Assembly: GCA_003176045.1 (NCBI GenBank)
Contig: PSRM01000182.1
Span: 11,298-75,297, forward strand
Origin: Verrucomicrobiota bacterium
GTDB lineage: Bacteria; Verrucomicrobiota; Verrucomicrobiia; Limisphaerales; UBA8199
Direction: 5' to 3'
DNA: 64,000 bases
Under the pieces are notes generated by a model. It was not told the origin of the DNA, did no database searches, and worked only from the letters and a program-made list of their open reading frames with translations. Positions within the stretch are counted from its first letter, which is position 1, and every line of letters begins with the position of its first letter. This document shows positions 56,701 to 64,000 of this stretch, one piece after another. The position numbers and the translations under genes are program-made.

Positions 56701-59700
56701 GAGGCTGTATCGGCACCATAGAGGCCGATGCCGCCCCCAAAGGTTGTCCCATAGAGGGCGCCATCCGGCCCCTGCGTCAATGCGCCATACGGAGCGCTTC
56801 CATTGGTGCCTGCAAAAGAGAACAGCGTTGTGCGCACGCCATTGGTCGTTAGACTGAACAGTGTGCCATGTCCGTAATCACCGCCGTAAGGAGTTGTGCC
56901 ATAAAAGTTGCCATCGCTGGCTTGAAATAGCGGGGCAGTAGGCCAACTGCCATCCATGCCGCTGAATTCGTAGAAGGGGCCGGGGTCCGATGAGGCAGTC
57001 ACGTTTAGAATTGCGTCCGAACTCAGGAGCGAACCGAGGGCATTACTTACCAGGCAACTGAACCGCGCGCCGGAATCGGATGGCTGTATGTTCGTAACCG
57101 TCAGGCTGGACTGCGTGGCCCCCGCCATGGGAACGCCGTTGCGCATCCAGGTGTAATTCACGGGCGCGGAGGACACGGCCCGGACGATGAAATTGGCGGG
57201 GCCGCCCTGGGGCGCAATTCGATTTTTAGGCTCGGAAGTTATAGCAGGCGGCGAGGCGGAAGACGGCGGCCCGAACGCCAGGCGAAACAAGAGCCCATCC
57301 CCGCTGGCATAGCCATTGGCGTATCCATTGAAATCCGTCCCACCCCAAGGTGTTGTGCCATAGATATTTCCATCTCTGCCCAGCGTCAAAGCTGTTTGGG
57401 GCCAAACACCATTGTATCCCGCCAGGCTCAAGCGCGACGTCAGTACCCCATTGGTGGTTATCCCGAAGATCGCGCCATCATACAACAGGCCCCCTGCAAG
57501 CGCGGTTCCGTACAAGATGCCATCGGTGCCCTGGACCAACCCGGCCAGAGGCCAAAATCCGGTGGGGGAAATCCCGAACAAATATCTGGGCGGCACGAAG
57601 ACATCATCGCCTCCGAATGGGAAGAAACTGGTAATCACCCCGCCGGGAGTCATGCGGAACACCGTGGAACCAGTAAAGCCCGACTCGGTTGTCCCATAGA
57701 AATTGCCATCGGCAGCCAGCAGCAAGCCTCTCGGGCGAGAGCCGTTGCCACCGTTAAACGACACCAGTGATGTCATCGTCCCGTTCGTACTGATCTTGAA
57801 AATCGTGCCGAAGTCATTGGCTCCGCCGGAATCGGTCGTGCCGTATAAACTACCGTCCGCGCCCTGCACCAATCCGCCACGGGGATAGATGCCATTGGTG
57901 CCGTGGAATGAAGCTACCAGCGTCAGCAAGCCATTGGTGGTCACTTTGAAGATGGTCCCCTGGTCGCTTGCTCCGCCGACAATCGCTTCGCCATACAAAC
58001 CGCCATCGAGACCTTGAACCAGGTTTCCTGAAGGATTGGCTCCCGTCGAAAAGTCCAGCGAAGCCAACACGCTAAATACGCCATTAACCGAGATTCGGAA
58101 GATAGCTCCAAAGCCGTTGGCGCCACCCTCGTAAGTCGTGCCGTAGAGATTTCCGTCGCTCGCCTGGACTAGGTTGCCCATCGGATAAAGCCCATTGGTG
58201 TATGCCTGAAAATTGAAGAGCGTGCTGACTGCGCCATTGGTAGTCATTTTGAAGATCGTGCCCAAACCGGCTGGTCCTCCAGAAAAGGTTGTGCCGTAAA
58301 AGTTGCCATCATTAGCCTGAATCAGCCCGGCCAACGGGCTGGAGCCGTCGCCCCCATTGAAAGAGTAAAGAACCGTGTCAAAAATCAGCCGGGCAGGCGC
58401 GCTGGTGACCGAGCCCGAAAGGTTGCTGATCACACAATTGTAAAGGCCGACATCCGCGGCTTGCGAGGATAAGACAGTATAACTGCTGGTCGTCGCGCCC
58501 GAAATGGCTGCGCTCCCGCGCTGCCACTGGTAGTGTAAGGGCATGGCCCCGAGCGCGTCCACGCTGAACATGGCCTTCTGGCCTGCCGTGCGCATCGTGT
58601 CCTGCGGTTGGCTGACAATGGACGGCGGACCAACGAATGGGAAGAACGAGAGTTGGAAAACAAGGTTGCCGCTCGAGGCGTAGCCGCCAGACGAGCCGCC
58701 CCACCCTCCGGCCTCGATATAGTAAGTCGTGCCTGCGGCCACAGAGTTGGTCAGCCGCGAGAAGACGAATCCGCCGCTATCCGATACACCTGCAAACGCA
58801 TTGCAACCCGCTTCGTTCAATGCGCCACAACCGCCCGTCCAGAGCCCCAGCCCCGTGTTGAAATCACTGCCAGCCGTGTCCAGGACCAGTCGCCCGTTCG
58901 ATGGGGCCGTCCATTGGAACCAGACCCCTTTGCCAAATTCGTAAACACAGGATGGCGCCGGGCCATTATAAGGGGCGTCCACCGTGGATTCGGCAGTGCT
59001 GTAACTGGAGCCCGCAATGATGGTCGCGCCGGCACAGGTGCTGTTGCTGAAAATGGTCAGGGTGGCATTGGAACTAAGCAGTGTCCCCTGCACATTGCTG
59101 ACTAAGCAGCTAAACTGCGCCCCGCTGTCGGCGATCTGCGCGTTCGCCAATGAGTAGCTCGATCCTGTCGCCCCGGCAATGGGTGCGCCATCTCGACGCC
59201 AGGCATAACTGATCGAGGCCGAGCCGAAAGCGCTCAGATTAAAACTCGCCGTGTTGCCCGGCAGGACGCGCTGGCTGACCGGTTGGATGTTAATGGCCAG
59301 AGGCGTCCGGCCCGCCAGATTGGTCAGGGCCGGATAGGCCATCACAATGCCTGCGCCGCTATCCCGATCGACTCCCGAGGCGCCGATGTCCACCGCGTTG
59401 GTGGTGAGTAGCGCCCGCATCTGGCTGGTGGTCAAAGCCGGGTTGTAGCTCCAGATCAGCGCCGCCAGGCCTCCCGCATGAGGCGCGGCTGCTGACGTCC
59501 CGTAAAACGGGTTCAGCCCGGAGCCCGACGGCAGAGTCGTGGCCACTCCATCCGCTGCGGTGATGTCCGGCTTTTGACGGACGGCGCCGCCGCTATTGGT
59601 AAAGTTGCCCGGGGTGATCGCGGTGCCATCAGCCTGAAAAAAGACGTGCCGCGGGCCGTCCGAGCTGAAGATCTCGACCTGGTTATTGGTTCCGAAGGGA

Positions 59701-61652
59701 TTTGGGAACGGGCCTGCCTGACTGGCACCGTAAGGGTTGCTCGCGGGAGTAGCCGCCACGTCAAAAGCATTCGTTGTAGCCGCGTGCCCAACGGTCGCGC
59801 CCGAAGTCGGCGTCCCCAAACGGCCCCGCTGAGTGTCCAGGTGCAGAAAACGCGCGTTGCCCGAGTACTTCACAATCACGATTCTCTGGCCTGTCTCCCA
59901 GGCGCCGAGTTTTTCGTAAGGATCTTGTGTTCCCGTTTGGCGTGTCATCGAGATGCTCACCACATTTGACCCGCTCGGGTCGAGCAGGAACAAATCATAA
60001 TCATTGGTGGACGCGCCCAACGGATCAGCCCAGAAAAGGTCCACGGCAAATCCGGGGCTGGTCACCACGTTGTAATTGTTCGCGCCGAAGCTGTGCACCC
60101 GGCCCGGTTCGAGAAACGCCGAGTCGGCCGCTCCCCCATCCACGAAATCGCCTTCCCAGGTCCCGGAGGTGCCCGCGGTGAGATTGCCCGAGTTTCCGGC
60201 CGAGGAGAAATAAAGCGCGCCGCCGGCCGTCACGCTGTTCACTGCCTGGGCGATGATGCCGTCCTGGAAGGGCGACTCATCGAAGTAACCCACGTCATCA
60301 ATGATGATGTTGCAGCCGTTGCTGCGCAGGTCGAGTATGTTTTGCGCGAAGCTGGCCTCGCCGTTGAACGCCGTGGCGAAGTAAAGCTGCGCCTGCGGCG
60401 CTAAATCATGGACGATCTCCAGCATCGCCGTACCTTCCCCACTACCCCCGCCCGCCTGGCCGGGCAAAACCGTCACTGGCCCCAGATCGCCAAGACTTTG
60501 GGAATGGGCCAGATAATCCACGCTATCCGACAGCACGCCCACCTTGATCCCCGCACCGCCCACGCCGAAAGCGCTCCGCGCTGCCCCAGCCAGGTGCGTG
60601 GCATCCCCCTGCGAGTTCACGCTCCCGGTGTTCGCCAGAGCCTGCACCGCCCGCTTGATGAACGTGACGTCCCCATGGGACGCCAGCTTCTCCAGTTGAT
60701 CTATCTGCAGTTTCGCGCGAATGGCCCGGAACCGGGGAAAGCTATTGACCACCTCGCCCCCATCCCGCCTGATCTGCGCCAGAAGGCCGGGTGTCACTTT
60801 GGCTGTGATATCCACCAAAACCCGCCCATCGGATTCCTTTTTGAGGTCCAATTCCAATTTCGGCGCCCCCGGCGCAAATGTCCGGCCGGATTGCTTTTTC
60901 GAGGCATGTATCAGCGCCGATTCCATCTTCACCTGGAAAGGCGTCCACGAGGCCTTCTCCTTCAGCAAAGCCGCGATCTGGTCCTGCGCGCTTTGCTCCA
61001 GCGGCGCACCCTGTGCCGCAATACTTGCGAAGCAACCCGCCAGCCACCCGGCGGCAACCCAAACCGCCGCAACGGAATGTAGGGCAGGCTTTCCAGCCTG
61101 CCGGTTCAGGGGGCTTTTTAGCCCCCTGAATCTCTGCCCGACAAACGCCGCGGCGCTGAAAAGCGCCGCGAACCGGCAGGCTGGAAAGCCTGCCCTACAT
61201 CGCTGCTTGCCCCAGATGACACTCAACTTGAATGGCAGCGGCGTCGGGATGAGGCGGCTTCTCGTGGTCTGTGGTCTGTGGTCCGCGGTCCGTGGTCCGT
61301 TATCCGTGGTCTTTTCCTGAAGAGGGCACCGTTGGCCATCAAAAGACTCCTCACGTCGTCCCCCACAAACTCTCGCCTCCCACCCTGCCCCCATTCCCTC
61401 CATTTCTACCTCCCTGTAGGGGACGACGTCAGAGGTCCCTTTTTGGCTCCCTGCCCTTCCAGCTTTTTGGGACCATTCCGGCCAAAATCTCATTTGCACA
61501 GTGGCTTTAGCCCGGTGGTCTGGACTGGTAGAAAACTTCAGCCGTTTCAACGGCTTGCTTGTCTCTTGCGCGCGCGGCGGCTTGCAACTGCACAGCTCGA
61601 TCATTTCTCTCATGAAAGGACATTCATTATTTGGTTCGCTGGCTTTTGGCAT
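50724..61652 (-). CDS. Giant secreted subtilase/adhesin: S8/S53-like protease, Ig domains, four blocks of GloVer-type tandem repeats, cadherin-like domain, RFYR C-terminus (true start probably downstream of 61652)
   Basis: VGVLSDS, EGTAMLE, SAGNSG, GTSAAAPH; dozens of DGNFYGTTxxGGxxGxGTVF units; YxWxxNG Ig motifs; C-terminal RRFYRARLSP. Confidence 0.88.
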   Translation of the reverse strand: MPKASEPNNECPFMREMIELCSCKPPRAQETSKPLKRLKFSTSPDHRAKATVQMRFWPEWSQKAGRAGSQKGTSDVVPYREVEMEGMGAGWEARVCGGRREESFDGQRCPLQEKTTDNGPRTADHRPQTTRSRLIPTPLPFKLSVIWGKQRCRAGFPACRFAALFSAAAFVGQRFRGLKSPLNRQAGKPALHSVAAVWVAAGWLAGCFASIAAQGAPLEQSAQDQIAALLKEKASWTPFQVKMESALIHASKKQSGRTFAPGAPKLELDLKKESDGRVLVDITAKVTPGLLAQIRRDGGEVVNSFPRFRAIRAKLQIDQLEKLASHGDVTFIKRAVQALANTGSVNSQGDATHLAGAARSAFGVGGAGIKVGVLSDSVDYLAHSQSLGDLGPVTVLPGQAGGGSGEGTAMLEIVHDLAPQAQLYFATAFNGEASFAQNILDLRSNGCNIIIDDVGYFDESPFQDGIIAQAVNSVTAGGALYFSSAGNSGNLTAGTSGTWEGDFVDGGAADSAFLEPGRVHSFGANNYNVVTSPGFAVDLFWADPLGASTNDYDLFLLDPSGSNVVSISMTRQTGTQDPYEKLGAWETGQRIVIVKYSGNARFLHLDTQRGRLGTPTSGATVGHAATTNAFDVAATPASNPYGASQAGPFPNPFGTNNQVEIFSSDGPRHVFFQADGTAITPGNFTNSGGAVRQKPDITAADGVATTLPSGSGLNPFYGTSAAAPHAGGLAALIWSYNPALTTSQMRALLTTNAVDIGASGVDRDSGAGIVMAYPALTNLAGRTPLAINIQPVSQRVLPGNTASFNLSAFGSASISYAWRRDGAPIAGATGSSYSLANAQIADSGAQFSCLVSNVQGTLLSSNATLTIFSNSTCAGATIIAGSSYSTAESTVDAPYNGPAPSCVYEFGKGVWFQWTAPSNGRLVLDTAGSDFNTGLGLWTGGCGALNEAGCNAFAGVSDSGGFVFSRLTNSVAAGTTYYIEAGGWGGSSGGYASSGNLVFQLSFFPFVGPPSIVSQPQDTMRTAGQKAMFSVDALGAMPLHYQWQRGSAAISGATTSSYTVLSSQAADVGLYNCVISNLSGSVTSAPARLIFDTVLYSFNGGDGSSPLAGLIQANDGNFYGTTFSGGPAGLGTIFKMTTNGAVSTLFNFQAYTNGLYPMGNLVQASDGNLYGTTYEGGANGFGAIFRISVNGVFSVLASLDFSTGANPSGNLVQGLDGGLYGEAIVGGASDQGTIFKVTTNGLLTLVASFHGTNGIYPRGGLVQGADGSLYGTTDSGGANDFGTIFKISTNGTMTSLVSFNGGNGSRPRGLLLAADGNFYGTTESGFTGSTVFRMTPGGVITSFFPFGGDDVFVPPRYLFGISPTGFWPLAGLVQGTDGILYGTALAGGLLYDGAIFGITTNGVLTSRLSLAGYNGVWPQTALTLGRDGNIYGTTPWGGTDFNGYANGYASGDGLLFRLAFGPPSSASPPAITSEPKNRIAPQGGPANFIVRAVSSAPVNYTWMRNGVPMAGATQSSLTVTNIQPSDSGARFSCLVSNALGSLLSSDAILNVTASSDPGPFYEFSGMDGSWPTAPLFQASDGNFYGTTPYGGDYGHGTLFSLTTNGVRTTLFSFAGTNGSAPYGALTQGPDGALYGTTFGGGIGLYGADTASYFPDNMLFADTGVGTIFRFTTKGPAALASFTTLVSLGFQNNAPYAGLTLGPDGNFYGTSVSGGANYSYGSIFRMTPDGHLTTLASFSSSGSSGYSPYGGLVYGGDGYFYGTTYSGGADAYGTVYRISTNGVLTTLVSFNQSNGSHPYSTLARGTDGNFYGTTYDGGSNYVGTVFQVTPGGTLTSLYSFDGVNGFYPFGGLATGPDGAFYGTTYEGGAAGYGTVYRITSSGAITSLFSLSGTNGDGGYGGLMVARDGNLYSTANFGGQGYDLYDVKVGNGTIVRVPLIYTSGPPVIVSQPLNQTLLAGATANFSISAGGSAPLSYFWRRNGSTISGATQSSYSTNNMQLADSGAQFSCLVSNALGTLLSSNAVLTVVLPPANTNCAGATLIASLPYSTNESTLGAPSGNPTPSCVSSFGSGVWFQYTAPVSQTISIDSAGSDFDTALAVYNGTCGTLTELACNDDAGDGSLNSGVTVPVNTGTTYFIRAGGYNGQTGNLALHVAFANNDLCANATVITSPFFTTNESTIGATSIGDPQPPCVYNPGKGVWFQYTPPLNGQLILDTSGSSFNTVLGLYTGSCGALSPVTCSGSGSAISLQVTNGVTYSILAAGYNGESGNLVFHLNAYLGGPTVVYGPNSQTIPVGGTASFSVTAYGALPLTYQWRHNGTPIAGATQSFYTTNNVPLAESGGQFSCLVSNSVGPTLSSNAVLTVVPFTAPGVTETALAAFDFTNNVFNPVGLFQASDGYLYGTADNGGTFGYGGIFRMTTNGTPAILVSFDYSTNGAYPSPSLMQAADGYLYGTTYYGGAHDGGTVFRLSTNGTLSTLFSFNYNNGAQPGAGVIQGFDGYFYGTTSYGGTNGYGTVFKMTTNGVLTTLFSFGDDAHGTSPNCDLVQGSDGYLYGTTPLGGTNENGTVFKISTNGALTTLALFDYDNGANPYAGLTKGADGDFYGMAGGGGTNGYGTVFKVTPHGKLTTLYSFAGDPDGANPFSELIQGNDGNFYGTTPSGGRYGQGVLFRIAPNGAFAWMVQFDGYNGSGPWGRLVQAADANLYGVANYGGPLGNGVVFKVGISAPLQIISQPANITAFAGEDVALDVAAFGTLPMNFHWRTRGTNLVDSGNMAGAHTTALKFTSVTPANAGLYQVVVSNNSMSVTSAAAFLQVIVSPPIIVTQPADQSVLDGLTARFLVEAEGDFPLYYQWLHDGTNLTDNANISGSQDSELVIAAAHAADGGVYSVLVSDDLGDVLSDDAVLAIIPVNIAGTAFSELHTFDPNTEGNFVQSPLVEGPDGNLYGTTFYGGHGSGTVFRLTKAGALTTMVSFDFTNGANPEAGLIVGADGNLYGVTQSTPGGYGTVFRMTANGSLATVFTFDSYGKGAYARELMQAPDGNFYGVTYAGGANGYGTAFRLTPGGVLTTLVNFDYSTSGSYPQAGLVQGPGGILYGTTSEGGTSGSGAVFSLTTNGLFTIRATFYGTNGATPVGRLLAASDGYLYGSTFYGGAYGYGTLFRMATNGALSTLISFDSTSNGTQAGGLVQGADSNFYGTTYSGGLGGGGTVFKLTPGGTLTSIVWFEGINGWGPGTRMVQASDGRFYGTTAGIGGLGVGFDTVFSLTVPTFIRNPFTEAAASDASAYASSLLADAVAPAGDTLSFAKVSGPAWLNVAGDGSLSGTPLTANLGTNSFTVGLSDTNGWANTATMRIVVNPSAPSIVAQPAGQTVSIGAAATFSVSAAGTTPFVYGWRRNGAPISGTTNSSYTFNNAQLSDSGSLFSCLVTNAYGFALSSNAILKVTTTLANDQCAGAIVIASSSYANQQSTTYASSTSDPAPSCVPGFGNGVWYQFATPSAGLLTVDTFGSDFDTGLAIYTGACGALTEVACNDDAGGINSQITLAVSTATTYRILAGGYAAHTGNLVFHLAFASSTPSFVPGSVAFRTNGGFQFTLSGAPGSHYDVLTSTNFQTWTTLTSLTLTNNTVILVDTNGRVPRRFYRARLSP
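61078..61199. repeat. About 120-bp composite GTAG-REP element (copy 3), inside the giant ORF's open frame
   Basis: Translates as CRAGFPACRF...NRQAGKPALH just before the signal-like hydrophobic stretch. Confidence 0.85.
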
Positions 61653-61819
61653 TCACCTATTTAAGGCGCGAATTGCCAGCAAAAGGGGACATCAAATTTT
61701 CAGTTCGCCCTGCGCTAAACCGCATTATTCCCGCAAAATCCTCTTTTCATTCGTGTGCCCCCCATTCGTTTGCCATAAAAACTGGTGCCAAACGAATGGC
61801 TGGCAAGCGAATACGAACC

Positions 61820-61972
61820 AGAAATTCTCCTGCCAATTTTTCTGTCCAAAATTTTTCTGTCAGATCTCTGGTTTTTTGTCTCCGATTAATTTTCCTGCCG
61901 CTAAATTTTCCTGCACTGGACACGAATTTCACTAATGAACACGAATTCGGGCAAATTCGTGCAATTCGTGTC
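61820..61972. repeat. AATTTTyCTGyC repeats and CACGAATT..AATTCGTG inverted pair
   Basis: Relatives at 36280-36305 and 36216-36267. Confidence 0.65.
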
Positions 61973-62061
61973 TCATTTTTCTATGTAATCATCTAATTCT
62001 CCCAGTTTTTGGTCGCAATCGAGCCAGAAATTTGCGACACTAAGACAGAATTTAACCTCCA

Positions 62062-64000
62062 GTGCGTAGTCCGGGTAGAACCAGCTCCCCAGTTTTAGTG
62101 TGCTTAGCACTACTGCTGGTGTCAGGGCATGTCGCCCCCTCCCAAACCCTCAATGTCCCCCCGCGCCCCGTCGGCGCTCCCACCGGTATCCAGTTCACGA
62201 ACATCATCACGCCGATGTCCCTCACCGAGCGCGAGAACTGGATCTATGCGCAGGTCATCAGCGGCAATGTCCCCAACTTCTTGCGCCAGCTCCTCCCCAT
62301 AACCGTCAGCGCCACCATCAACGGCACACCGCACACGGCCACGTATTACGCCGCGCCCGACTACCTGGCCATCGGCAGCGATGCGGATTATTTCCTGGAG
62401 CCGATGACCCCAATTCTGGCACAGCGCTTGTGCGACCGGCTCGGCTGCACACCGCCAACGCGCAAGATGTCCAATCAAATCTGGACTAATGCCTCGGTCA
62501 AGCTGGCCCCGCAGCCCATTCCTCCCAGCGCGGACATGATCACCGTGCCGGTTTTTGCTTATCACAACAGTCTGGTCTGGACGCAGCGCATGAGTTACAC
62601 CAATTCGTATCCGCTCGGCGCGCTGACTGCCGGCGACAAAAAGGACGTGGTGATTTCGACCTTGATTTACTCGAACCTGCATACCGGCGTGCCAAGCCCC
62701 GTGGTCATCTACGGCTGGCATTACCAAACCGGCGTGCCCATCCAGCCCCTCTATAACGGCCACGAAAGCACCTACGCCGATTACAGCCACGGCGTTCGCC
62801 TGGTGCAGAACGTTATGACCGTGGATGGAAGCCCCAACACCGTGACCAACGTGTTGACCAATCCAAACCTCGCCGCGTTGCTGAGCGACGAAGGGCCAAG
62901 CGAGGGCACGACGTCCAGCGGCGTGATTCTGCTGCCGCGTTACACCGTGGCGGCCATGGCGCCGGCGATCATCACGCACCCGCGCAGCCAGAGTATCCTG
63001 CCGGGAGCAAGCGCAGTCTTTACCTCGTTGGCCGTCGGAGACGCACCGCTGGGCTATCTCTGGCAATCAAACGGCATCAGCCTTGCCGGCGCCACAAACG
63101 CCAGCCTGATCATCAGCAATGCGCAAATCGTCAACGCCGCGAATTATTCGGTGCTCGCCACGAACCCTGCAGGCTCGGCATCCAGCCGCCCCGCCTGGCT
63201 GCGCATCAAGACCAACATTCATCCCACCCTGTTCGCGGACAACTTCGATGCCGATAGCTCCGCCAACTGGAACCTGTTTTGGGGCGCGGCCAATGGTATC
63301 CCAGACTACACCGCCGATTGGGCATTCGATCATGGCGCGATTCCTTACACTTTCAACGGCCTGACCTCACTCATCCCGCCTGCGCCCAATTCGCCCGATG
63401 GCAGCAGCCGGGCCATTAGATTCAGCGCGAACAAGAACGATCTCACAGCCGCCACGGCCGCCGTGAACATCTATCCCAAAGGCCAAACCTTCAGCAACAA
63501 TTTCGCCCTCAAATTCGATCTCTGGATCAACTACCCAGGCAACGCCGGCGGAATCAACTCCACCGGCAGCACCGAGTTCGCCGCCTGCGGCATCAATCAC
63601 ACCGGAACCGAAGTCAACTGGTCCACCACGTCGGCTTCCGCTTCCGACGGCATCTGGTTCAGCACCGACGGCGACGGCGGAGCAGCCAACGACTACCGCG
63701 CCTGGCTCGGAAACTCTTCCGGCCCTCCAACCGATCTCACTGGCACTGCGGCGTCCGGCCTGGTCGCCTCAAACCATTCAGCCTCGGTCTTCCAAACCCT
63801 TTTCCCGACCTCACGATTTGAAACCGCAGGCGCCCCCGGCAAAAGCTGGATTGAAGTCGAGCTACGCCAAACCAACAACACGGTAATTTGGCTTCTCGAC
63901 GGCACGATCGTGGCCCAGCGCACGAATTCCTCGGCCTGGCGCTCCGGCAAGATCATGCTCGCCTACATGGACCCGTTCGCTTCCATTGGAAACCCGCCCC
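62062..64000 (+). CDS. Secreted protein: uncharacterised N-terminal domain, Ig domain, beta-sandwich domain (partial; runs off the window)
   Basis: Not in the ORF track. Read manually from GTG 62062: signal-like VLVCLALLLVS, then PDYLAIGSDADY, GDKKDVV, IYGWH, PIQPLY, YADYSHGVRLV, then YLWQSNG Ig motif; open to the window end. Confidence 0.8.
   Translation, partial: MRSPGRTSSPVLVCLALLLVSGHVAPSQTLNVPPRPVGAPTGIQFTNIITPMSLTERENWIYAQVISGNVPNFLRQLLPITVSATINGTPHTATYYAAPDYLAIGSDADYFLEPMTPILAQRLCDRLGCTPPTRKMSNQIWTNASVKLAPQPIPPSADMITVPVFAYHNSLVWTQRMSYTNSYPLGALTAGDKKDVVISTLIYSNLHTGVPSPVVIYGWHYQTGVPIQPLYNGHESTYADYSHGVRLVQNVMTVDGSPNTVTNVLTNPNLAALLSDEGPSEGTTSSGVILLPRYTVAAMAPAIITHPRSQSILPGASAVFTSLAVGDAPLGYLWQSNGISLAGATNASLIISNAQIVNAANYSVLATNPAGSASSRPAWLRIKTNIHPTLFADNFDADSSANWNLFWGAANGIPDYTADWAFDHGAIPYTFNGLTSLIPPAPNSPDGSSRAIRFSANKNDLTAATAAVNIYPKGQTFSNNFALKFDLWINYPGNAGGINSTGSTEFAACGINHTGTEVNWSTTSASASDGIWFSTDGDGGAANDYRAWLGNSSGPPTDLTGTAASGLVASNHSASVFQTLFPTSRFETAGAPGKSWIEVELRQTNNTVIWLLDGTIVAQRTNSSAWRSGKIMLAYMDPFASIGNPP

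Noticed and set aside
51900-58400. DNA-level repeats in the giant gene as a separate element
   Set aside because: Explained by protein tandem repeats with diverged synonymous positions.
62122-63066. 314-aa minus-strand ORF
   Set aside because: Antisense shadow of the plus-strand gene starting at 62062.
1-64000. CRISPR array or cas genes
   Set aside because: Repeats are short tandem units or palindromic doublets; there is no repeat-spacer periodicity and no Cas motif.

Overview
GC-rich bacterial chromosome segment, most consistent with a Verrucomicrobiota (Pedosphaera/Limisphaerales-like) genome. That is inferred from PEP-CTERM proteins, GloVer-type tandem repeats, Ig-rich secreted proteins and RFYR-type C-termini. 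Nearly all genes are on the minus strand. From left to right: (1) a two-component locus (beta-propeller HisKA_3 kinase, NarL regulator, single-domain receiver, secreted tail-fibre-like protein) interrupted by a lower-GC block of secreted proteins; (2) a TonB receptor-YfiR-hybrid kinase module; (3) an RNB ribonuclease; (4) a small regulon (membrane protein, winged-HTH regulator, ispH, ferritin-like protein, DUF1361) with a shared promoter/operator; (5) an ECF sigma factor fusion; (6) purQ/purL split by a two-gene insert; (7) a long MoxR-DUF58-BatA-vWA operon that also holds an ABC binding protein, a permease-NHL fusion, a TMTC-like TPR membrane protein and two four-helix-bundle genes; (8) a roughly 3,500-aa subtilase/adhesin; (9) a partial secreted protein. 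The most striking signal is repeat DNA. Short 6-9-mer (mostly 7-mer) arrays bracket both four-helix-bundle genes and the ABC binding-protein gene as inverted pairs, also occur as empty pairs, and together with several REP-like palindrome families are embedded in-frame in at least ten intact proteins, including PurL. No rRNA, tRNA, CRISPR array, transposase, integrase or reverse transcriptase was recognised. Family assignments come from motif recognition by eye, not database searches.
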